Source of the DNA: Ylistrum balloti
Lineage: Eukaryota
NCBI RefSeq assembly: GCF_031769215.1
Contig: NW_026782097.1
Location: 2,604,001-2,668,000, forward strand
Length of the DNA stretch: 64,000 nucleotides
Direction: 5' to 3'
Position 1 is the first letter of the stretch, and every line of letters starts with the position of its first letter. Under the pieces are notes generated by a model. That model was not told where the DNA came from, searched no databases, and saw only the letters and a list, made by a program, of their open reading frames with translations. The position numbers were made by a program, and so were the translations under genes. Positions 1 through 13,130 of this stretch are shown here, one piece after another.

Positions 1-499
1 AAACATCTAACCTGGTGCATAGCAAGCCAAACCACTGAACACTTAAGTAAAAATAAGTGTGAACCTGTGATTGTGTTAGTTCTGATATTCTGTATTCTGC
101 TAAATTTATTTTGTATAAACTAGAAAACTCCAAACAGTATGTAAATAAAATTTTAAACATTTAAAATATCTCACAAAAATATAATAAAAAATGACACTAT
201 TGTGAAACTCTTTTCTGTTTACTTCTGTAATTGACCAACTTTTCTGTGAAAGTGAAATCAGCTGGTAATTTTTGCCAATTCAGTTATCAACTGTTCTGTC
301 AGTGTGTATAATGTCCAATGAACAACAATTTTTATATTTTTTTAAGGAGTGTAAATAAAGAAGAAAAACCCTTCCAAAATGTAAACTGCTTTTAATAACA
401 AATTTATTTTTTATTTTCTTTATCTTTGTACTCCCTAATTGGAATCAACAAATTAGGCATCAGACATGATAAACCTTAATGATTTATTTTCCTTATTAG

Positions 500-1157
500 G
501 GCATCAACCTCAGTAATATTGTACAAGACGCAAGACTGTTTTCTGGACAAGGCGATGCTGCTGAACACCCAGTCATATCAGCCATTAAGAACCTGAAGAT
601 TGGTCTTGACAGTGAAGAATCTTCATGTGCAGAAATAACAGACTGTATAGTAATGATCCGAGCTGAATGTGATGTTGATCTGTCACGGCGATGTCTAGCT
701 GGAAATAACCAAGCTTACCCAACACTGATACAGGCATTAGAAAAATTTATCACAGATCACAAAATGCTTCAAAAGATTTTACTGACCTTACTGTCCCTTA
801 CTAATGGCCAGCCAGACTTGCTGGATAATCACAGCTGTTCACTACTGATGGACATGTTGGGCAGTTTTATGGACAATGTGGATGTGTTGTATCTTACAGT
901 TGGCCTCATCAGAAACACATGTACAAAGCATGAAGAAAACCGACAGATGTTTGTAAAGAAGGGCCTTATTTCTAAATTATCTGAGGTGTTAAATATACAT
1001 AAAAACAGTGACAAAATTGTGATAGAAACTTGTGGAGCTCTGCGAGTGCTCACTTTCGATGATGACATTCGAGTGCCATTTGGCAAAGCACATGAACACG
1101 CTAAAGCCATTGTAACAGAAGGAAACGCTTTAGAAACACTCCTGAATTTGTGTAGAG
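500..1157 (+). CDS. ARMC6: ARMC6 orthologue, internal exon (earlier exons lie before the window)
   Basis: Acceptor ttattAG at 498-499, donor AG|GTAAAG at 1158 (phase 1). Translation GINLSNIV...LTNGQPDLLD...CTKHEENRQ...ALRVLTFDDDIRVPFGKAHEHAKAIV matches recalled ARMC6 motifs (GVDLSNIV, DGQPDLLD, KHEQNRQ, TFDDDIRVPFGHAH). Confidence 0.93.
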
Positions 1158-1637
1158 GTAAAGAGATTAACAGCTAGTAATTATTCCTATAAATAGTGAT
1201 GTTGCCTGTTGAGACATCATTGAGACAAAATCAGAGCATTCTTTGGAAATATTGCTAAAACCATTAATTTTTGCGAGTTTTTTAAAAATTTTCATTGATT
1301 ATATGGTCACTTTAAATCTGTATTCATGTCCACGAAATGTTAAACAGATGAAAACTATCAAAAAGTTTCGCACAAAAGAGTGAGATATATCCACAAAACA
1401 AGTGCCAACATAAGTACTTATTTTGTTTGAACACAACAAAGATATGTAATTTTACTCTTTGCAATTCATGTCATTTTATATAAGCAACTACACACTACAA
1501 ATCAACAGAGTGAAATGAACATGATGAACATTTAGATATTGATCCTTGGCAATCCTTTGAATAAAAAAAACAAATTTCAAATATCAAGTAACTTTGACCA
1601 GTTTCATAAACAAAAACAACTTAAGCCCAATTTTCAG

Positions 1638-2335
1638 TACATTCCAGTCCCAGATAAATTCTGACACATGATTATTTGATAAATCTTCAATACATTCCTG
1701 TCCCAGATCAATTCTGACACATGATTATTTGATAAATCTTCAATACATTCCTGTCCCAGATAAATTCTGACACATGATTATTTGATAAATCTTCAATACA
1801 TTCCTGTCCCAGATAAATTCTTACACATGATTATTTGATAAATCTTCAATACAATCCAGTCCCAGATAAATTCTGACACATGATTATTTGATAAATCTTC
1901 AATACATTCCTGTCCCAGATAAATTCTGACACATGATTATTTGATAAATCTTCAATACATTCCTGTCCCAGATAAATTCTGACACATGATTATTTGATAA
2001 ATCTTCAATACATTCCTGTCCCAGATAAATTCTGACACATGATTATTTGATAAATCTTCAATACATTCCTGTCCCAGATAAATTCTTACACATGATTATT
2101 TGATAAATCTTCAATACATTCCTGTCCCAGATAAATTCTGACACATGATTATTTGATAAATCTTCAATACATTCCTGTCCCAGATAAATTCTTACACATG
2201 ATTATTTGATAAATCTTCAATACATTCCTGTCCCAGATAAATTCTGACACATGATTATTTGATAAATCTTCAATACATTCCTCTCCCAAATAAAGTCCGA
2301 CACATGATTTGATTAATGATTCCTGTCCCAGATTA
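1638..2335. repeat. 53-bp tandem repeat (about 13 copies) in ARMC6 intron
   Basis: Unit tacattcctgtcccagataaattctgacacatgattatttgataaatcttcaa; period confirmed at 1691 and 1744. Confidence 0.95.
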
Positions 2336-2460
2336 ATGTTATATGGCATTCTGATCAATCTTTCATAAGTTGCTTTCCCATAGTAATGACACATAATTCT
2401 CTGATAATAACTGATAAAATCATAGTTAAGATCAATGAAAATATGATCTGTATCTTTCAG

Positions 2461-2606
2461 ATTATTCTGAAAACCCAAGTGTCCTAAAGGAGCTGTTCTC
2501 CACACTGACTAAATTGGTAGTGAGATCAGAGTTCTGCCAGGCTGTCATGGAAATGGGTGGACTAGACTTCATCCTGCGGGCTTTACAGAGCAGTGTTAAA
2601 GACAAG
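2461..2606 (+). CDS. ARMC6: ARMC6 internal exon
   Basis: tctttcAG|ATTATT ... GACAAG|GTGAGG. 146 nt, joins the phase-1 upstream exon in frame: DYSENPSVLKELFSTLTKLVVRSEFCQAVMEMGGLDFILRALQSSVKDK (cf. ARMC6 RNEFCQEVVDLGGL). Confidence 0.9.
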
Positions 2607-3160
2607 GTGAGGGGTTTTCACTGTAGACATTACTGAGCAGTGTTTGAAACTAGGGGAGGGGTTTAGTCTACAGACATTACAGAGTAGTGTTAAAGACAAG
2701 GTGAGGGGTTTTCACTGTAGACATTACTGAGCAGTGTTTGAAACTAGGGGAGGGGTTTAGTCTACAGACATTACAGAGTAGTGTAAAAGACAAGATGGGA
2801 GGGGTTTTCACTGTAGACATTACTGAGCAGTGTTTGAAACTAGGGGAGGAGTTTAGTCTACAGACATTACAGAGCACAGTGTTAAAGACAAGGTGAGGGG
2901 TTTTCACTGTAGACATTACTGAGCAGTGTTTGAAACTAGGGGAGGAGTTTAGTCTACAGACATTACAGAGCACAGTGTTAAAGACAAGGTGAGGGGTTTT
3001 CACTGCAGACATTACAGACCATTGTTAAAGATAAGGTGAGGGGTTTTCACTGTAGACATTACAGAGCAGTGTTTGAAACTAGGGGAGGAGTTTAGTCTAC
3101 AGACATTACAGAGCAGTTTTAAAGACAAGGGGATGGGTTTAGTCTCCATACATTACAGAG
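2585..3160. repeat. Minisatellite of two alternating ~47-bp subunits (~94-bp dimer) that includes the ARMC6 exon end and donor
   Basis: Subunits acagagcagtgttaaagacaaggtgaggggttttcactgtagacatt and actgagcagtgtttgaaactaggggaggggtttagtctacagacatt. Confidence 0.92.
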
Positions 3161-3423
3161 ATCACTTTAGGAATGGGCTTTCATGTTTTCAGAAATTAAT
3201 TTGACAGACTGTTGTAAGCTGTAGAAAAGATGAGCAATGTAGGCCTAATTTCTTTATGCCCATGTAAGAGATAACAGGATCTGGTGGCTACAAATATAAT
3301 CTTGATTACAGGATATAGACCACTACAAATATGATACAGATATGTAAAATGTTTTTCACATACAGACATTAACAAGCCTTTGATGCTTGTGTAATACTTA
3401 CACCTCTGTAAAATATATTTCAG

Positions 3424-3693
3424 GGAGTAGTTAGACAAGCCCTTGGTCTCATCAAAGCTTTGGCTGGAAATGATGAAGTAAAATTAGAAGCTGTAAAGAG
3501 CAATGCGTTAGAGATCATCTTGGTGGCCATGATCAAACACCAGGCTAATTCAGCTGTGGCAGAGTTGTGTTGTGCTGCAATAGCTACCCTGGTCCTTCGT
3601 AATCCAGCTCATTGTAATGCAGTCATCAGTCTGGCTGGTCATCAATCCATTATCCAGGCTATGAAAATTCACCCCAAGGATGCTGGTGTACAG
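3424..3693 (+). CDS. ARMC6: ARMC6 internal exon
   Basis: tttcAG|GGAGTA ... GTACAG|GTATAT. 270 nt, phase 0/0: GVVRQALGLIKALAGNDEVK...MKIHPKDAGVQ. Confidence 0.92.
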
Positions 3694-4114
3694 GTATATC
3701 ATTATTTTAATCTCGGATCAAATCAATTTCTCACACCTAAACAAATCTTAATCTAGATTCTGTAGATATTAACTGTTTAGGATATGTAGAATATAGGTTA
3801 GATATTAAGTTCATTGAACTAAAAACAATATATTCAAGTACTTCTATGTGCATGGTTCATTGTGGTTTTATGTAAACATCAAGACAGTTTGATTGTATAA
3901 TAAAAAAAAGCATTTCTTTCTTGTACCTTCATCCTTATACATTCATATACTTATACTGAAACTATTGTATCTTAGTATCTTAATTCGCAGGTTATAGACA
4001 AGAGTGATTAGTATATGTTGTAAAAGGAATAAAGTTTATATTTATACCTGTATATACATTTCATTTAGTATTGAGTTTATGTTGAATTTGGTGAATATTT
4101 ATTTTATATTTCAG

Positions 4115-4330
4115 AAACAAGCTTGTAATGCCATAAGGAATCTCGTGGCCAGAACAAGAGAACACTGTGACCCTATATTGGAATTAGGTGCTGAGGCTCT
4201 CATCAACGAAGCTCTTAAAAACCATCCTGGATGTGCAGATGATGCCAAAGCTGCTCTTCGTGATCTAGACTGCCAAGTGGAATTAAAAGTTTACTGGAAA
4301 GGAGAGGGGTCGAGCTTAGCTCATGATTAA
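4115..4330 (+). CDS. ARMC6: ARMC6 terminal coding exon
   Basis: atatttcAG|AAACAA. KQACNAIRNLVAR...PILELGAEALI...AKAALRDLDCQVELKVYWKGEGSSLAHD* matches the recalled ARMC6 C-terminus. Confidence 0.92.
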   Translation, partial: KQACNAIRNLVARTREHCDPILELGAEALINEALKNHPGCADDAKAALRDLDCQVELKVYWKGEGSSLAHD

Positions 4331-7300
4331 TTATAGACATTAAGTGCCTTTTCTCAGTCAGAGTACTGTACAATCAAACTTAGGATTGTTATATTTTGTA
4401 ATTCTTAGTGAAAGAGTTCCTGCTGATGTCCTTGACAGCGACTTCATATTTATCAAAAATGTCATTTTATCATTAAATGATTTACAGCTATCGTAAGTTA
4501 CAGATTGTTTTAGTGACTCTGTAGTTTAAAATATATGAAATACTTCAAAAAATGGAAGGCAATATTTTATAGATGGCTCTATTTCTATTTCTTTGATTGC
4601 ATATGTAGGTTTTCTTCGGTTCCTAGTTGTGTTCATTACCGTTGGTCTCTATTTTTTCCAATTTAATTTTGAGTTTGATCAGGTGAACAATAAAGCCAAG
4701 AAAATGACAATGTCTGTTTGTTATCACTACTTTTCAGAAAGCTCTTGTTAGATCTTTCTTAGATTTCATATGTAGGATTCAAATAAGAGGAAAATGTGAA
4801 ATAAGGGAAAAGTAGAGAAAAGGTCATATACAGAATGGATAAAGATCATTAGATGGTGGTCACTAATTGCAAGATCATTCAGGGATCTCTTGTTTTGTTG
4901 TGTTTCCTGATAATCATGACAGATTATGTAAAGTTAAGCTTTATTATTAAAAATATACATAAAACCCATTGATTACACATATAGTGGCAGGTGTAAAGTC
5001 ATTCAATATTGATGTAGATGAACTGTCCCTGGATACACGGCTGAATGCCAGAATTTACATCTAACATTGAACTGAAGAATCGGGGTAACAGGCACCTGTT
5101 ATGCATTTATTATTTAAATGCATTGCTTCCTTATGAAATTTAAATAAATGAAAAACATCGAATATGTTGCTTTTTGATAGGCAAACAGTATGATACTGCC
5201 TGATATATTCGTCATTGCATGAGTTATCCGCCGTCCATTTTGTTTTATTTTTATGAATTCCTGGACACATTTTGTAAACCTTTTACTTAGTCTTTATATA
5301 TATATTTGCGAAGTTTTTAAGAAATTCATGCATGACACAATAGTTCATACTGTTATGTTAGTCATGTTGTATTAGCTTTTGATTAATTAATGTTCGTTTA
5401 TTCATTTTTTTCCATGAGTGTGTTTCCAATGTATTACTTGCGTCTAGTTCCTCGGGAAGTAAATTAATTACTACTATTATTAAAGACGTTTTGGTTTTTC
5501 TCAAATCACATAGCAAGGCATGGGCTTTACTTTTCCACCGGCATTAACTTCAACATTTGTGATAATCTCCAAATTATCCAATTCAATTACAAGTGTTGTG
5601 TATAATCAAGAACATCTTTCACATATTGTCAGTTATAAGATTACAGCACAAGTTGACATTTTAACACTATTTTTATTGAATGTTCAACAATATTATAAAT
5701 ACTTATATTACATATGAGATGGGAAAACAGGCATAGAGCTTATATTAATTCTTTTGCATTTGGAAGCTGTCAATTAATGGTGCCATGTGTAAGTTATGCT
5801 CTACAATGAGTTTAATTTCTCCAAAAGAATACAAGCTGTGGTAAGACCTGGAATATATCTGTATAACTATCCCAACACACATTACAATCTTGCTTAAAGT
5901 TTACTGTTAATGGGACTCTGTCATTGAAATCAGCTGTATCAAAGATATACGATAAGTTCAGTCGTGAGCTTGATCTCATCCAAGTATTTAAGCTATCGTG
6001 ACCAAACCTAGAATATGTATGACCATCTCAACTAGCATTTCAGATATACACCTACAGTCTATATTTAATTGGACTTTGTTGATTTATCTTGTGCTATATT
6101 AGAATTTTCTGTTTTCTTTGTGTTGAGCTCCAAGAACCAAAGCTGTAAATACCACGTCTAGATTATACTAATTTCTATATATTGCCATCCCAACCCATTT
6201 GTAAATTAATTTTACTATGTTAAAGTTTTCTATTAAGCTTTACCTTGATTTCTTTTTCAATTTCAATTCTTGTAATACTTTTAACCTTTCAACAAAACAA
6301 ATAATTTACTACTAAGCCTATAAAAAACATAGATAATGAAACCCACATTGTATATTTTAACTGGAGAACACAGTTCTTTAACATTTTCTACTCTGAATAA
6401 CGAACCAATTTAAATGCGGATGGATTTTTTTTTCTCTTTAATAGTAATTTTTGATGTATTTCTTTCTTAAATAAAATTATATTTATCCTGGAGGATTTGT
6501 CTCCTAGTACACATATGACAGACTTGTTTAGACCTTGAGGTACCATTGTATCAACCAACTTCAATTGATAAATAATGTGAAGATTCACGTATTTTCGTTA
6601 CACAAATTCTGTTTTTTAAGTAAGATACATATAAGTTAACTTTTTGTGTTTTTTTCATTGTTTTTACAAAATTGCTATTTTCGTCTTGATGATAGTGGGA
6701 ACACGCGAGACAGATAATTAGGCGTAATTTTTGTTATGTGTACTTTTTTTAACTAAGGTAAGAAGAACGACAGTAAGTATATATATATGTATGATTTACA
6801 ATATTTGTTGTGGATGTTGCAGAAATTGACTTACCCATAGGGCAAACTACTGAGAAGTCCCGTTCTTTTTGGGTTCTTTTCATTTGGGAAACGCGCATAA
6901 CTTATGAGAACAAATAAACAGAGGCCACAGCGTTATGGCTGGTTATCAGTTCTATTATTTGGACATGTGGCACTTTGTTCCAAAACACCATTGTGTTTGC
7001 CTCTGTCTCAAAAATCGATGAAATGTGTGCAACATATTAACAAAACAAGCATTTACATGGAGACCTGAATCATACCATGTGTTCCGGAAGTTCAATTGTC
7101 CTCTGCTTCATTGCTATTCCAAGTAAGTAATGTCACTTTCCAAAATCTTAATACATATTTGTGTAAGGTTGATTCGCCGGAACCTTTCTTACTCAAACTT
7201 CAAGTCACAAATGTGAACAATAATTTCTCAATGTCATCATAGTGACGATCTTGAAACTTTCCTATTATCTTCGTCAATCCTAACTCACAAAAACCCCACT

Positions 7301-9630
7301 ATCGACATTTTGCAGGGAAATCGTGACAAGGGGGAAAACTCTCGGTATCGGATATAGTAAACAACTCTACTAAGACTTATAACTTCTGGCGGGTGCTGTA
7401 TATACATGAACGTTAAACATGATCAATAAATTTCTTGTTACCTAACGAACAAGAAATCGATTAAACACGAAACTGAGGAACTTAGCAAGGTCTTAATGAC
7501 CTGTTATGAAAAGCTAACCCCAAAAACACAATTTGTTTCTGTAGATGGGCATGCTATTAGTCTGTTGGAAGATCCTACCACCAAGTTTGACGAAGATATG
7601 TCACCAGACACTCGATCATTTTCACTTAGTTTCACATGTACATGTCAAAAGTTGCAGTGCAGATGACAACCATATATTTGTACCAACGTTCACCTTTGCT
7701 TTGAGAATAAAATAGTTCCTTCAGTGTGGAAAATCAAATGATATAATAGTAGAAGTGTTAAAGATTGGTCAAAAGCTTTTTGAAGTTCTACAGAATCGAC
7801 ATACATAGTTCAATTGTTTCGAGCAAACTGTATAACAGGACTGTACCCCTGATTTAACTGTATCAAGAATAATAGTAAGAAGCATTTAGAAAGTTTTCAT
7901 AGAAGAATTAAATAACTTAGTGACAAAACGCTGTATCATATGGATTCTTGAGAATGTTTAGGAGTCCAATATAAAAGGAGGAGGTCCGTATCCTTATTAT
8001 TGACAGTCTGAGCTATTGTAACTAAGAAAGATAGGACTACGTGTAGATGTACATGTAGATTCGCTATCAAAGAAGCCAAGTTTCTGTTGTAGGAGAAAAT
8101 GGGGCAATGATTGTAAAGAAATAAGTCGATGCCCTACATGTATCTGCAGACACCATTGCAAATCGCAGAGGGCGGTATTGTAGGATGTAGGGTTCCCTTA
8201 TTACCAAATGATTAATAGGAAAAGGTGATCAGGTAAGGAAGTCAGGATTAAAAATAAAAAGTTACTCTTATTTTTTTTTTTTTAAAGATGATTATCTATA
8301 ATCAGGATATCTATTTGCTTAGTATTATTTTTGAATCACTATCTAAATCAGACTGGGTCATTGTATAAAATTTCGCTTTCTCAAATGCACTTGACAACTG
8401 CATGTTTCAGTACGAGTCGACATTTTTGCTTGTTCGAAAACTGCCACAGTTCGGAGGTAGAAATTGACAAAGAAGTGTTTTGCTTTGTTTAGAATGATAT
8501 CTCAATTAGAGCTTGTTGCTTTTACTCAGAGCTTTAGTTTTGAAACTTGGAAAAGTACCAACAGCAGTTTATATGGTTTCTTCAGTGAAAGACTGATCTC
8601 GTTGTACTGGTCTCGCATCCATGTGCCTACAGGAATGTGAAGGTAGTTCGAAATTGCTATATATCCTATAATTTGTTCGACAAACATCACGTGAACATGC
8701 ACGTGAAAACATAATCACATATCAATACATGGATCGACAAAACAAGCCTAGAATTTAAAACTAAACATTTAGTTATTGTCTAATGAAAAAAAGACATTTT
8801 GAACACAAGCGTAAAAAGTGTAAAGTAGCAGATTTTTCTTTTCAAATTCATTGGACATTTAATGGTGGCACATATAAAGGTAGGTTTACAAGGAAATGGT
8901 GATTGAATCAAAGATAATGAACACATTAAACGTACTTCGGTATTCGCCATAAACATGATTATCATGAGATCCAGAAAGGCTTTTTTTTGACAAACGTTTT
9001 AAACAATATCTAACCAATGGATGGCCGAGGATTTACTTTTCAGGAAATACTCGGTATGACCTTCACTTATAAATAGTAACAATAAATCAATAGTACTGCA
9101 TCATTGTTGATATTTACTTTAATAATACTTTTTAAAACATTTAACACAGGTAATTCATGCTGCAAGTTCTTTCCACATTGTAAACATACATTATTTCTTT
9201 CCACAGCTGCCTTTACATATAATAATGGTTCAACATTTTCAAGGTTTTTAAATCTTTTATTTGTACATATTTTGTCATCTTTTTATCGGTTTCGATTCTG
9301 CACAGCGATTTGTTTGTGTTTACCAAGTACATTGTTATTAAAAGCGAAACGTACGAATAGTGAAACATACGCATGCATGTAACATGTGACTTTAGAAATT
9401 TCAAATATCATGGCAATTGTTTGTGTTTTTGGGAGACCTGTCACAATCACAATGTAACTACTTTATGTATGGGGTGTATATTACATCATGTATTATATTG
9501 GGTGGTATACCGTACTTGTAAATAATCGATTTATAAATTCAAATATTGATTTTAATGGTTTCCTTCAGTAAGCCTGTCCGAACAAAACGACAAAATACAC
9601 ATCTGAAAACAGTTGAAAATACTTTTGAAT

Positions 9631-9961
9631 CTAAAATAAGGATTTGTTTGATTTTTTAGAGCTTAATTCGTTTATATCGTTATCATCCACAAATGTTGAT
9701 ACCGTGAAAATGGTTCCCTCTGTCATTGTCCTCTCTTCATAATACATCCTCTCTAGCCGCTGTACTACCTCCCCAAGTATTGACAGATCCACGCGGAAGA
9801 AGCCACTGAAGGGCGAGTCAAGGTCAGACACGACAAAACACAGCATGCTAATGGAGAAGACAGTGATGATACACATTGTCAGCTCCAGGCGGTAAGACAG
9901 TGCCCGTAACAGCAGGATACCAATAAACGAGAAGAATCCCAGCGTCTCAAGGAAAGCCCAC
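9631..9961 (-). CDS. Bestrophin-like (DUF4239-like) paralogue 1, terminal exon (TM4-TM5, DLDSPF motif)
   Basis: Acceptor caatgaacAG|GTGGGC; completes the phase-2 codon (K). WAFLETLGFFSFIGILLL...SISMLCFVVSDLDSPFSGFFRVDL...*; homologous to the last exons of paralogues 2 and 3. Confidence 0.85.
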
Positions 9962-10649
9962 CTGTTCATTGAGGAAAATAAAGAACTGTCTGATAACTGA
10001 AATGGTTCATGAACAGCAGAACAAGAAAATGTCGACATGTCAACAATATCGTAACTCAGTTTCAAAATCGATAAATCAATTATAAGATAAACATAGGGAA
10101 ATTTACCTATTCTTCATATAGTCAAGACACTAAGTCAAGCTTCTTCTTGATTTTAATGGTGCATTTCATGAACATTGCCAAAAAAATAATAAAACTGCAA
10201 TGAATAAATTGCTCCAACTCAGAAAAAAAGACCCGAACAATGAGTATATATATCTCCCGCTTAAAAAATACTACCGCTATGAATATTTATCTCCCACTCA
10301 GAATGTGGGTATCCATTGTACAAGTCTATTAATGAATGTGCAAATCATTGTTCAAGTCTCTTGATTAATCTGGGTATTCATTTTACAAGTCTCCATTGCC
10401 CATTGTCCATAAAGAAGCTTGAAATGGTGTCTAGACTATGTGACGAAAGTGTAAATGTTTTTATGTTTGTTTATTTCAAAATTAATTTATGGATTTTGTG
10501 GATTTTCTTGTTTTATAGTTTATGCAGCATTAAAAATGAGATCAATAAATGTAATGAAGTTGATTTCTGTTCACCATATGCTCAGAGAATTTACACCAAT
10601 ATACTGTCAAATTCTAGAGTGAATTTTTCAACTTAACATGAAATAAGCA

Positions 10650-11290
10650 TTTGTACTGTTCTGGTGACGTACTGTTTTCGTGAATTTCTCTTTTGGTGAC
10701 GTTTTTAATTTTGTGACGTACTGTTTCGGTGACGTTTTGATTTTGTGACGTACTGTTTCGGTGACGTTTTGATTTTGTGACGTACTGTTTTGATGGCGTA
10801 CACTGTTTTTGTGACGTACTGTTTTGATGGCGAACACTGTTTTTGTGACGTACTGTTTCGTAGACGTTTTGATTTTCTGGCGTACTGTTTTGATGCCGTT
10901 TTGATTTTGTGACGTACTGTTTTGATGGCGTACACTGTTTTTATGACGTACTGTTTTGATGGCGTACATTGTTTCGGTGACGTACTGTTTTGATGACGTT
11001 TTGATTTTGTGACTTACTGTTTTGATGACGTTTTTATTTTGTGACGTACTGTTTCGGTGACGTTTTGATTCTGTTACGTATTGTTTCGGTGACGTTTTGA
11101 TTTTGTGACGTACTGTTTTGGTGACGTTTTGATTTTGGTGACGTACTGTTTTGGTGATGTTTTGATTTTGTTACGTATTGTTTCGGTGACGTTTTGATTT
11201 TGTGACGTACTGTTTCGCTGACGTTTTGATTTTGTGACGTACTGTTTTGATGACGTACACTGTTTTTATGACCTACTGTTTTGGTGACCT
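10650..11290. repeat. ~32-33-bp tandem repeat rich in TGACGT, in last intron of paralogue 1
   Basis: Units gtgacgtactgtttcggtgacgttttgatttt and gtgacgtactgttttgatggcgtacactgttttt. Confidence 0.93.
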
Positions 11291-11904
11291 GTTGACAGTG
11301 TACGCCGTTGCTAAGTAGTTGAATTTGTGCAATTATTAGTACTGGTCACTAGATACTGTGAAATAACACCATGTATTGATAGGTTTAACATATCTGTCGG
11401 AATGCACAACAGTTATGTTAAACGAGCGGACTAGCGGACAGGGACATCAAATGGATTACTTGTTTAATGGAAATCCAATATTGGACCGTTTGAATGTGAA
11501 TCTTGTCATGTCGCCAGAAATAGTTCATGGCTAAATGTTTTTACACAACTGTATATAATTAGATAATTATCAAAAATCATTGATATATTGATATAAAAAT
11601 ATTTCAAATTTGCAATATTGAGCACTTCCACACGACAATCACATCAATATATGTATTTGAAACACATAATTCCCAGTCAAAATATTTTAATTATAATAAA
11701 TAAAGTCCCCCTCCCCTCTACATACACCCCCACATTTAAAAGCTGATTATGTAAAATTATAAAAGAATTTTCTTAGTAAGAGGTTGTTTCATGTGATTCG
11801 CCAAAAAATCACTTGCAACTAAATGCTGAAATCTTCTAAATTATATTTAAAAACACTCATTCGTTTTTTGATAAATCTAACATAGAACCGATTCGTCTAC
11901 TTAC

Positions 11905-12067
11905 TTGACAGGGTGTATCTTGGTGTGAAGAATACCTATCCTGTCAGAACAGATGCTGTTAAGCTTGATAATGTGAGACATTATTTTGTCACACATGGCC
12001 CTGTTGACAATATTGTTGTCCCCGGCGTCCACCTGTCGCAGTAGGTCGACGATAGACCAGATCTTCA
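11905..12067 (-). CDS. Bestrophin-like paralogue 1, penultimate exon (not in ORF track)
   Basis: cttacAG|TGAAGA ... GTCAA|GTAAGT. 163 nt, phase 1 to 2: VKIWSIVDLLRQVDAGDNNIVNRAMCDKIMSHIIKLNSICSDRIGILHTKIHPVK; joins both neighbours in frame. Confidence 0.85.
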
Positions 12068-12261
12068 CTGTAAGACATCATTAAGAATTACTCAGTCTAG
12101 ATACTCCAGCTGTTTAATATCGTATGGTGATATACTTCGTTAATTAAATCAACAGGACGATTAAAATGTAATGTTAAGTTACGTTAAGGTTTTTTGCTGG
12201 TTTCATTCTACCGATAAGAACAGACCAGACGAGATTTTCTTTTCTAGTTTAGAATATAACC

Positions 12262-12620
12262 AATATAAGGCCCCCGGATCGAAAGATCGGAGAAATATTG
12301 TTTCTGTGCTGTCTGTTTGTTTTTTGTCAACTTTAACCTTGCCCATAACAATTGCACCGTAAGAGATAGTGCTTTCATATTTAGCATGTTTCTTTTGACC
12401 TTTCCGGTGGTACCAAAATGTTTGACCATGTGACCTTGACCGTAGCATTTGACCTACATTTGTAATGAATAGGAAAGAAAACATTACCACAATAAAGGCA
12501 TAAAGTGTTTCACAAATTGTGCACGCAATTACCACATTCCTTACACATTACGGTTTTAATGTCTCTTTTCAGAATTTTGTTGCGACTGGGGGTATAGTGT
12601 TTCATAAATACATCTTGTTT
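12262..12620 (+). mobile_element. Non-autonomous Helentron/HINE-like element
   Basis: 5' imperfect hairpin cccccggatcgaaagatcgg, then gctgtctgtttgt microsatellite-like tract, tgaccttgacc core and 3' end gggggtatagtgtttcataaatacatcttgttt. Architecture recalled from bivalve HINE elements. Confidence 0.6.
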
Positions 12621-12940
12621 AAACTAAAAATGAGTACTTAACTTTTGATAAGTTGACTAAATCCCCGAACAATGAACGAGACAGGGAAAACCAGAGGCCG
12701 ATTTAGATATATCAAGAGACTACATGTCAATATCATTTAAACATCATTTACGTTTCGATAAGAAACATATAAAACAACATATACTGTGACAATAAAGAAT
12801 GTCTACTTAATGAAATCATAGAAGCTGTAACAATAAAACAACTCTGTCAATATCATTTCCTTTAACGTAACAAGCTGTACTTTGTTACAAAACACATACT
12901 GAGTAAATACAATAACGCTGCTGACTTCAATTAAATCACT

Positions 12941-13130
12941 AACCATGGCTAACTCTAAACATTGGCTAACTCTAAACATTGGCTAACTCTAAACACTAGC
13001 TAACTCTAAACATTGGCTAACTCTAAACATTGGTTAACTCTAAACATTGGCTAACTCTAAACATGGGCTAACTCTAAACATTAGATAACTCTAACCATTG
13101 GCTAACTCTAAACATTGGTTAGCTCTAACT
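12941..13130. repeat. 17-bp tandem repeat (about 11 copies)
   Basis: Unit ggctaactctaaacatt; period seen at 12947 and 12964. Confidence 0.93.

Noticed and set aside
7400-8250. Possible degraded transposon coding sequence
   Set aside because: Fragments in all frames are riddled with stops and I could not recognise any motif.
12203-12535. 110-aa ORF inside paralogue 1
   Set aside because: Lies in a HINE-like repeat and is not needed; the 11905-12067 exon closes the reading frame.
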